A DNA stretch of 38,227 nt from a virus, in the IMG/VR virus record IMGVR_UViG_3300012305_000003; one strand, written 5' to 3'. This document shows positions 31,990 to 38,227 of the stretch, one piece after another (the stretch's first letter is position 1; each line of letters opens with the position of its first letter). The notes under the pieces are model-generated. The model made no database searches, was not told where the DNA came from, and saw nothing but the letters and a program-made list of their open reading frames with translations. Made by a program: the position numbers and the translations under genes.

Positions 31990-33009
31990 ATGGAAAAATT
32001 CGAATTAGAAATTGCAGACCAAAACATTGTTGTTGCTGCATTCCGTAAGCCAGGTGGCACCGCTGAATTATTCGAGCGTATTGCTCAAGAAGCGCGCTCA
32101 CACGTTCCAGATGTAACCACTAAAAAAGGCCGCGATCAGATTGGTTCACTGGCAATGAAGGTGAGCAAATCTAAAACCCTTATTGAGAAGTGCGGAAAGG
32201 AATTGGTTGCTGATCAAAAGGCTCAAATCAAGCTTATTGATGACGACCGCATTGCGACTGTTAAGAAGTTTGATGAACTGCGTAATGAAATTCTTGCACC
32301 GCGTGATGCTTGGGAACAGACGGAAAAGGATCGCGTGGCGAAGCATGAAAATGCAATTGCTGTGATTCGCATGGTGCCAAGTCTTGCGGAATCCTTGGAT
32401 GCTGAGTGGACTGCGCAAAATATTAAAGAAGCCATTGAAACACTAGAAAATCGTGTAATTGATTCTTCTTTTGAGGAATACGAACAAGAAGCAAAACTTG
32501 CCAAACTTGAAACACTTGAATCTTTACGCACTGCCCTGACCATTCGTGAAAAATACGAAGCCGAACAAGCTGAATTAGAACGCCTTCGCCTTGCTGAACA
32601 GGCTCGTTTACAACGTGAACATGAAGATCGTATCGCCCGCGAAGCTGCTGAAAGAGCTACTCGTGAAGCCGAAGAAAAAGCACGTTTTGAAGCTGAGCGT
32701 GTGCAACGTGAAAAGGCTGAGGCAGAACAGCGTGAAGCTCGATTGAAAGCTGAAAAAGAAGCTGCTGAATTACGTGCTGTGCAAGCCGCTGAAAATGAAC
32801 GTAAGCGTATTGAAGCTGAACAGGTTGCTAAAGCTGAGGCTGAACGTAAAGCAGCTGAAGCGCGTGAAGCTGATGTGGCTCACAAAAAGCAAATCTGTAG
32901 TGAAGCGCTTAAAGGTCTGACTGATCTTGGCGTGAGTGTTGATCAGGGCAAAGCCATTCTGAATGCAATCAATAAAGGCCTAGTGCCGCACGTTTCGATC
33001 AAATTTTAA
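31990..33009 (+). CDS. DUF1351-like recombination-module protein with a long Ala/Glu/Arg/Lys coiled coil
   Basis: ATG 31990 (MEKFELEIADQNIVV...). Position upstream of Bet. Coiled coil at 32560-32900 (AEQAELERLRLAEQARLQREHEDRIAREAAERATREAEEKARFEAERVQREKAEAEQREARLKAEKEAAELRA...). Confidence 0.5.
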   Translation: MEKFELEIADQNIVVAAFRKPGGTAELFERIAQEARSHVPDVTTKKGRDQIGSLAMKVSKSKTLIEKCGKELVADQKAQIKLIDDDRIATVKKFDELRNEILAPRDAWEQTEKDRVAKHENAIAVIRMVPSLAESLDAEWTAQNIKEAIETLENRVIDSSFEEYEQEAKLAKLETLESLRTALTIREKYEAEQAELERLRLAEQARLQREHEDRIAREAAERATREAEEKARFEAERVQREKAEAEQREARLKAEKEAAELRAVQAAENERKRIEAEQVAKAEAERKAAEAREADVAHKKQICSEALKGLTDLGVSVDQGKAILNAINKGLVPHVSIKF

Positions 33010-33020
33010 GGAATAAGAAT

Positions 33021-33878
33021 ATGAATGCACCAGTACAGACAAATTTAATTACAGCTCAGATCAGCCAGCTTTCTGCTGTGCTTGGTCTGCACAATGTTGA
33101 CCCTGCTGAACTTGAGCAAACCTTGATTCAAACGGCATTTAAGTCATCAACACAAATCACACGTGAGCAAATGGGTGCGCTGCTGATTGTTGCAAGCCAG
33201 TACAAGTTAAATCCGTGGACCAAAGAAATCTACGCATTCCCAGATAAAAGCAAAGGCATTATCCCTGTGGTTGGTGTGGATGGTTGGTCGCGCATCATTA
33301 ATAGTAATCCAAACCTGAACGGCATTGAGTTTGTGTTTTCGGAAAATATGGTTCGCATGAATAAAGCTAAGGTTGATTGTCCTGAATGGGTTGATTGCCT
33401 TATTTACCGGAAAGATCGTGACCGCCCTACCATTGTTCGTGAATATCTTGATGAGGTTTATCGTGAGCCAATGGGTGCTAATAGTTTTGCCGGACCGTGG
33501 CAGTCACACCCGAAGCGGTTCTTACGCCACAAAGCCTTGATTCAGTGTGCACGTTTGGCCTTTGGCTTTGTGGGTATCTATGATCAGGATGAAGCGGAAC
33601 GAATCAATGAAAGTGGAGCAGTAAAAACCGTTCAGGGTTTTGATGAAACAGCCATGCCGGAAGGCTATCAAGAGTTTGAAAACGAACATTTGGCTAATCT
33701 TCAAAATGAAGCACAGTTCGGATCAAGTCGATTGCAAGCAGCCTATGTGGCTCTACCGAAAGGCAACTGCAAGAATTACTTCTGGACCACCCATTCAATC
33801 AATTTAAAAGCGGTTGCTGAACTCGCAGACCAAGCCTTATCACGCCAAGGAGAAACCTATGACCATTCTCCAGCGTAG
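33021..33878 (+). CDS. bet: Single-strand annealing recombinase, lambda Bet (Red-beta) homologue
   Basis: LLIVASQYKLNPWTKEIYAFPDKSKGIIPVVGVDGWSRIIN...GPWQSHPKRFLRHKALIQCARLAFGFVGIYDQDEAERI is near-collinear with recalled lambda Bet (LLIVANQYGLNPWTKEIYAFPDKQNGIVPVVGVDGWSRIIN...GPWQSHPKRMLRHKAMIQCARLAFGFAGIYDKDEAERI). Confidence 0.93.
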   Translation: MNAPVQTNLITAQISQLSAVLGLHNVDPAELEQTLIQTAFKSSTQITREQMGALLIVASQYKLNPWTKEIYAFPDKSKGIIPVVGVDGWSRIINSNPNLNGIEFVFSENMVRMNKAKVDCPEWVDCLIYRKDRDRPTIVREYLDEVYREPMGANSFAGPWQSHPKRFLRHKALIQCARLAFGFVGIYDQDEAERINESGAVKTVQGFDETAMPEGYQEFENEHLANLQNEAQFGSSRLQAAYVALPKGNCKNYFWTTHSINLKAVAELADQALSRQGETYDHSPA

Positions 33879-34476
33879 TGAAGATTGGCATGCAGATCGA
33901 TGCGGCAAAGTGACTGCCAGCCGCATTAAGGATGTGGATGCAAAGCCAATTAAAGGCAAAGCTCACAATGCTTTAACCCTAACTATTCTGACTGAGCGCC
34001 TTACTGGCGTTCAGGAGGAAACCAAAACCAATAGCCTGATGCAATGGGGTATTGATCAGGAACCTTATGCAATTGCTGCGTATGAAAATGAAACCGGTAA
34101 TTTTGTAATTGGCACAGGTCTGATTGATCATCCGGTTATCAAAATGAGCGGTGCCAGTCCTGATGGTTTGGTTGATCAAGACGGGCAATTGGAAGTGAAG
34201 TGTCCAAGTTCCCAGACTCACTTAAATACCATCTTGACCAAAGAAGTACCGAGCGAATATGTGCCGCAGATTACTTGGCAATTGGCCTGCACTCGTCGCA
34301 AGTGGTGTGACTTTGTGAGTTATGACCCTCGTCTGCCTGAGCATTTGCAACTGGTGGTTATTCGAGTATTTGCAAAGGATTTGGATATTGCGGGTATTGA
34401 GCAGTCAGTGATTCGGTTTAATCAAAAAATTGATCAGATCATTTGCGAGCTGAACCCAAAGGAGGCGGCGGCATGA
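33859..34476 (+). CDS. YqaJ-type PD-(D/E)xK recombination exonuclease
   Basis: ATG 33859 follows an AGGAG SD. QRSEDWHADRCGKVTASR...WGIDQEPYAIAAYE...ASPDGLV...LEVKCP is the YqaJ pattern. Confidence 0.8.
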   Translation: MTILQRSEDWHADRCGKVTASRIKDVDAKPIKGKAHNALTLTILTERLTGVQEETKTNSLMQWGIDQEPYAIAAYENETGNFVIGTGLIDHPVIKMSGASPDGLVDQDGQLEVKCPSSQTHLNTILTKEVPSEYVPQITWQLACTRRKWCDFVSYDPRLPEHLQLVVIRVFAKDLDIAGIEQSVIRFNQKIDQIICELNPKEAAA

Positions 34477-34706
34477 ACAAATACAACCGTGTTCACCCAC
34501 TCATGAGCGAAGCCTTTGTGATTTGGCTGACCTATCTTGGATATAAATGCGTGATTTCCGCTGGCGGTGCACAGTTTTATAACACCGCTACAGGCAAAGG
34601 CTTTCCGCGAAACGTAATGATTATGGCGAATGGTCGCTTGAATAAAGCAGCGACTGAGTTGTTTGAAGAATTTAAGAAATATAAACCTTTTGGTGAGGTG
34701 GCGTGA
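34473..34706 (+). CDS. Hypothetical protein
   Basis: 77 aa from ATG 34473 after an AAGGAGG SD, with an ATGA overlap with the exonuclease stop. Confidence 0.55.
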   Translation: MNKYNRVHPLMSEAFVIWLTYLGYKCVISAGGAQFYNTATGKGFPRNVMIMANGRLNKAATELFEEFKKYKPFGEVA

Positions 34707-34996
34707 TGGATATTCAAGATAAAGCGTTTAAGGAATGGTTTGCTCAATATGATAACAATATTGAGTATGCGTCAGAAAAGATTGCATGGGATGCGTGGAA
34801 GGAAGCCAAAGCCCAAGCGGTGCCGGAAGGGTTTGTTTTGGTTTCCGCTCAGCAAATGAGCCAATGGGGACACATGGCTAATTGCGCTCAAGAATATGGC
34901 TGTCCTGAATGTTATGAAGCAAGAGGGTATGCGCATAGTTTGGCTTGTGAAATTAATGCTTATTTCAATGTAAGTGAAGCACAGGAGCAGAAATAA
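34706..34996 (+). CDS. Hypothetical protein
   Basis: About 96 aa. A TGATG overlap couples it to the upstream gene. C.EC Cys pair near the C-terminus. Confidence 0.55.
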   Translation: MDIQDKAFKEWFAQYDNNIEYASEKIAWDAWKEAKAQAVPEGFVLVSAQQMSQWGHMANCAQEYGCPECYEARGYAHSLACEINAYFNVSEAQEQK

Positions 34997-35490
34997 TGCA
35001 GATGTATTTTGAAATAACAGATGCAGGATCTGTGGCCAAACTTGATGAAGCTTTAAAGCCAATTAACACTTTTGATTCAAAGTTACACGCCTTGCAGAAA
35101 AAATACGGTGCTGACACGCCTTATGTCTTTAACTCGTTGGATCGCGGTCTTGAGTTTAGTTGTTTTTGGTTTGAAAAATATCCACTTCACTTGGACACAG
35201 AAAAAGAGTTCAAGGTTTCAAGTGAAAAATACAAAACAGGCTGGGAAATACGTCCGCGCAAAAGTAATAAGAAATTCTATTCTGAATTTATGGAAGGCTT
35301 GGAAGGTGTGAATTACAACGGCCTAAAGTCGGTTTTATTTAACAATGAAAAATGCCGACCAAGTATCTCTTACACGAAAAGAGGTAATGCTTATTACATT
35401 GATTCGACTGTGAACATTGCTCTGCCACACATGGAGCTAACCGCTTCGCAATATAAAAGCATGATCAGTGAGGGTGAAGCCAATGACTGA
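34996..35490 (+). CDS. Hypothetical protein
   Basis: 164-aa ORF with a TAATG overlap with the upstream gene. Confidence 0.6.
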   Translation: MQMYFEITDAGSVAKLDEALKPINTFDSKLHALQKKYGADTPYVFNSLDRGLEFSCFWFEKYPLHLDTEKEFKVSSEKYKTGWEIRPRKSNKKFYSEFMEGLEGVNYNGLKSVLFNNEKCRPSISYTKRGNAYYIDSTVNIALPHMELTASQYKSMISEGEAND

Positions 35491-35797
35491 AATTCAATTA
35501 ACCAATGTGCAATTCGCCCAGCTTCAGATCGATAACCTCGTGGCACGCGACAAGCCATATATTGAGACATGGTCTGCCGGTGATGTTGGCTCATTCAATG
35601 CGATTTTAAACGCGGTGGATTATGACAATGAGTTCACATACCACATGCGCGGCTGGTCACGTCAACGAGTTAAAAGCGGCACTGGCGGGATTATCACAGT
35701 AGATGAGAGTAATGCGGATAAGTTGTATCACCTGTTCACCTGCTATTTGAGCAAGTTACCGAGCGGTGTGGTGATGGCTTTGGGAGAGGTGTCGTGA
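35483..35797 (+). CDS. Hypothetical protein
   Basis: 104 aa from ATG 35483 (MTEIQLTNVQ...). Confidence 0.55.
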   Translation: MTEIQLTNVQFAQLQIDNLVARDKPYIETWSAGDVGSFNAILNAVDYDNEFTYHMRGWSRQRVKSGTGGIITVDESNADKLYHLFTCYLSKLPSGVVMALGEVS

Positions 35798-36063
35798 GAA
35801 GTCCTGATCAAATTGGAATTACCTGGGAAGAAAATCAACTCTTAATGCAGCAACTCAAAGAAAAGGCGGCTTTAGAATACCGCCGCCAGCACAATATTTT
35901 TGAGGCTGGGGATTGGATTATTATCGATAGTTATAAACCTGAATATCAGTTCTATCAAATAACCAAGGATGATATAGGCAGCCACTGGATTAACTTGGTT
36001 GAATTCAGACACGCCACTGATGCAGAAATCAAAGCAGGTAAAAGATTGGAGGTGAATCAATGA
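35794..36063 (+). CDS. Hypothetical protein
   Basis: 89-aa ORF with a GTG start overlapping the upstream stop. Confidence 0.5.
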   Translation: MRSPDQIGITWEENQLLMQQLKEKAALEYRRQHNIFEAGDWIIIDSYKPEYQFYQITKDDIGSHWINLVEFRHATDAEIKAGKRLEVNQ

Positions 36064-36326
36064 CAGCAATGGCAAATATGGGTAACTTTATTGTTGCCCT
36101 GCCACCTTCAGACATTTGGTTGACAGATGATCAGGCGGCAGAATTTTTAGGATATGGTGGTGTGTATTTCAAATCATCCATTATTTGCTTAAAAGGTTTT
36201 CCAAAACCAAGATACATTACAGAAACCACAAAAGGTCGAAGATGGAACCTTAAAAAATTATCTGACTGGCTGAGTGAAAGACCGGAAGATTTAAAAAAAG
36301 CAGTAGGCAGACCCCGCAAAATATAG
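36060..36326 (+). CDS. xis: Excisionase / AlpA-MerR-type DNA-binding protein
   Basis: WLTDDQAAEFLGYGGVYFKSSI...RRWNLKKLSDWL has the HTH_17-like shape, with a basic tail GRPRKI. It is the last gene before attP and int. Confidence 0.6.
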   Translation: MTAMANMGNFIVALPPSDIWLTDDQAAEFLGYGGVYFKSSIICLKGFPKPRYITETTKGRRWNLKKLSDWLSERPEDLKKAVGRPRKI

Positions 36327-36337
36327 CGGGGTTTTTC
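36311..36337 (+). terminator. Intrinsic terminator overlapping the xis stop codon
   Basis: ACCCCGC-aaaatata-GCGGGGT followed by TTTTCTT. Confidence 0.75.
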
Positions 36338-36352
36338 TTGATTAAAATATGG

Positions 36353-36580
36353 ATTACGCCAGAATTACGCCAAAGGTATTATAAGTTATTGATTTTATGG
36401 GTAGTAGTGGTGCGCTCAGCGGGCACTTTCCGAAATTTGCGGTTTCCTTACTATTCCTTAGTTTTCCTTATTTTTTCTTTAATTTTATAGGTTTAAGTGT
36501 AGCTCATTAATTCAATAGTTTAATGTTTCCTTATTATTCCCTATTATTCATTCTATATTGATTACGCCAAATTTACGCCA
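36353..36580. other. attP region: two pairs of arm-type repeats (ATTACGCCA) plus phased TTCCTTA repeats around a candidate core
   Basis: ATTACGCCA at 36353 and 36364; ATTACGCCA at 36561 and TTTACGCCA at 36572 (11-bp phasing within each pair). TTCCTTA at 36444, 36454, 36464 and 36527, and TTCCCTA at 36537 (10-bp phasing). Confidence 0.7.
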
Positions 36581-36601
36581 CAACATTTTAAAGGAAAAAT
36601 T

Positions 36602-37588
36602 ATGGCCACCTTTCGACAAAGGGGTGATGCTTGGCGAGTTGAGATTAGTGTGAATGGTACTCGGGAAAGTGCGACATTCGATACTAAGACTCAGGCTCGC
36701 GCATGGGCATCAAAACGTGAAACTGAATTAAGAGAGTTATCACGCGGAAAGCTTCCTGATTATACATTAAATTGTGCAATTGATAGATACATAGAAGAAG
36801 TGTGTCCAAAGCACAAAGGCTGTGATGCAGAGATTAAGAGATTCCGAGCATTCCAGAGAAACTTTCCTAAGATTGCCAAAAAGCATATTGCCAAAATTAC
36901 CACCGATGATTTTGTGGTGTGGCGTGATACCAGACTAAAAACAGTCAAGCCGGCCTCGGTACGACGTGAGGGTAATATCCTGTCAGCTTTGTTTACAGTA
37001 GCGCGCACGGAATGGAAGTGGGTTTATGATTCACCCATGAGTGATTTAAAGATGCCGCCACCACCAGCACATCGAGATAGACGCATATCAGAGGATGAGA
37101 TTTACAGGCTCTGTCTGGCTGCTGAATTCGATGATCATGCACCTGAGAATTTTACACAGCAAATTATGATTGCTTTCCTGTTGGCGATTGAAACTGCAAT
37201 GCGTGCTGGTGAGATCCGCGGCCTGACTTGGGACCGGGTTTATTTAAAGAATAGATATGTGACTTTGAATGAAACCAAGAATGGAACAAAACGACATGTA
37301 CCCCTGTCCAAGCGTGCTGTTGAATTGCTTGAGCTTATGAAAGGTGTTGGCAGTCATCAGGTTTTTACAGTGAAAGATTCGAGCTTTGATACACTTTGGA
37401 GAAAGTTGCGAGATAAGTGTGAAATTGAAGATTTACATTTTCACGACTCAAGACATGAAGCATGCACAAGACTTGCTCAGAAATTAGAAGTATTGGATTT
37501 GGCGCGGATGATTGGTCATAAGGATTTAAGAAGCCTGATGATTTATTACAATGCAACTGCATCAGAGATTGCAAATAGGTTGGATTAA
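36602..37588 (+). CDS. int: Tyrosine integrase (phage integrase family)
   Basis: N-terminal SAM-like/arm-binding region (FRQRGDAWRVEISVNG). Catalytic signature ...TAMRAGEIRGLTW..., HFHDSRHEACTRLA, GHKDLRSLMIYY. Confidence 0.92.
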   Translation: MATFRQRGDAWRVEISVNGTRESATFDTKTQARAWASKRETELRELSRGKLPDYTLNCAIDRYIEEVCPKHKGCDAEIKRFRAFQRNFPKIAKKHIAKITTDDFVVWRDTRLKTVKPASVRREGNILSALFTVARTEWKWVYDSPMSDLKMPPPPAHRDRRISEDEIYRLCLAAEFDDHAPENFTQQIMIAFLLAIETAMRAGEIRGLTWDRVYLKNRYVTLNETKNGTKRHVPLSKRAVELLELMKGVGSHQVFTVKDSSFDTLWRKLRDKCEIEDLHFHDSRHEACTRLAQKLEVLDLARMIGHKDLRSLMIYYNATASEIANRLD

Positions 37589-37696
37589 AATGAAAACATG
37601 GACCTACTTTTATATAGAGCACACAGTTAAGAATGGAGAGATTTTTAGGAAGGAATCTGGGTGGGGATTGAGGAGTTATTTATTAAAGTAAAAAAC

Positions 37697-37722
37697 AAAG
37701 CCCTCATTTGAGGGCATTTATC
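37697..37722. terminator. Bidirectional terminator between the convergent int and endolysin genes
   Basis: AAAAAACAAA-GCCCTC-attt-GAGGGC-ATTTATCTATTTTATT. Confidence 0.7.
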
Positions 37723-37729
37723 TATTTTA

Positions 37730-38227
37730 TTAAACAAGTGCTCTTAATTTTAATAAGTGCGCCTTGCGATCCGCAAGACCATTCGTACCGCCATTGATCC
37801 GGCGTGTAATGGTCAACACATCGTCTTTATCAGCCAAGGCATTTAAGCCGTTATCAGACCAGAACTTGCAGGCCACCATAAGACCGATGCTTGGAATGGC
37901 CACAACTTCAGGATTGTTCTCAAAGTCAATGCCAAGCTGCTGACCATACTTACGATAGTTGGTACGGCCAGTTAATTGAATTGGCCCACGACCCTTAAAC
38001 CGTTTTCCATCTCCTACCTGCGTATTACCCAAATCCTTTCGGCCTTCATACGCCGCACCTGATGCAATTTCTTCCATATAGCGGAAGTTACCAGACTCAT
38101 GCGCAAGCTGTGCAAGGAAGTGAATAAAGCGAAGTGAATTATCCAAGATGCCATAGGTCCGCATGTGAACATTGGCAGCCAGGCCAAGTTCTTCAGCACG
38201 CGCTTGACTGGCACCTAGTTTTTTAAA
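37730..38227 (-). CDS. Endolysin, 3' part: glycoside hydrolase family 19 (chitinase-like) catalytic domain; frame continues upstream through the window end into 128-217
   Basis: FLAQLAHESGNFRYMEEIASGAAYEGRKDLGNTQVGDGKRFKGRGPIQLTGRTNYRKYG is the GH19 endolysin signature. There is no stop between Met 38164 and the window end in this frame. Confidence 0.88.
   Translation of the reverse strand, partial: FKKLGASQARAEELGLAANVHMRTYGILDNSLRFIHFLAQLAHESGNFRYMEEIASGAAYEGRKDLGNTQVGDGKRFKGRGPIQLTGRTNYRKYGQQLGIDFENNPEVVAIPSIGLMVACKFWSDNGLNALADKDDVLTITRRINGGTNGLADRKAHLLKLRALV
38101..38227. repeat. Terminal overlap, identical to 1-127
   Basis: See 1-127. Confidence 0.95.

Noticed and set aside
32560-32900. 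GCTGAA/CGTGAA-rich stretch considered as a tandem DNA repeat
   Set aside because: There is no fixed period at the DNA level. It reflects an Ala/Glu/Arg/Lys coiled-coil coding bias.
36408-36424. A complete tRNA gene at attP
   Set aside because: Only the acceptor/T-stem 3' portion is recognisable. There is no T-loop, anticodon arm or D-arm, so it is a fragment (core), not a gene.
38014-38214. 66-aa minus-strand ORF overlapping the endolysin start region
   Set aside because: It is an alternative frame inside the GH19/PG-binding gene, with no SD or motif. It is a shadow ORF.

Overview
This window is a complete temperate phage genome, not a chromosomal segment. Bases 1-127 are identical to 38101-38227, so the sequence closes into a 38,100-bp circle. 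attP is intact and I saw no host flanks, tRNA, rRNA, CRISPR array or transposase. Gene content and order match a P22-like short-tailed lambdoid phage. The host cannot be proven from sequence; the AT-rich style is reminiscent of Acinetobacter/Moraxellaceae phages.

Layout:
(i) A minus-strand late block of about 22 kb. It starts with a Q-like antiterminator, a long leader and a terminator. It continues with an HExxH metallopeptidase, TerS, TerL, portal, scaffold, coat, gp4-like adaptor, gp10-like tail hub, two needle-position ORFs and a GNAT-like ORF. Then come three ejection-type proteins (the last fused to a lambda-R-type transglycosylase) and a beta-helix tailspike. It ends with two holin-like genes and an endolysin that runs across the circular junction.
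(ii) A minus-strand early-right operon: cro, a CII-like gene, a replication initiator carrying internal iterons, DnaB, and nin-type genes (VRR-NUC, lambda-type Ser/Thr phosphatase, YbcO-like, NinB-like).
(iii) A plus-strand immunity island (S24/LexA-type cI plus a DUF3800 gene) enclosed by two clusters of one 16-bp operator family.
(iv) A plus-strand early-left operon: acidic proteins, a DUF1351-like gene, a clear lambda Bet homologue, a YqaJ exonuclease and an excisionase. This is followed by attP with phased arm repeats and a tyrosine integrase.

Best candidates for something new:
- the DUF3800 gene in the lambda rexAB position;
- the tailspike plus AT-rich opposite-strand acetyltransferase module, bracketed by a ~60-bp imperfect direct repeat;
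- a signal-anchor/lipoprotein gene pair embedded among the ejection genes (displaced spanins or exclusion proteins);
- very acidic first genes of the early-left operon (possible DNA mimics).

All homology statements rest on motifs and recalled reference sequences. No database search was possible.
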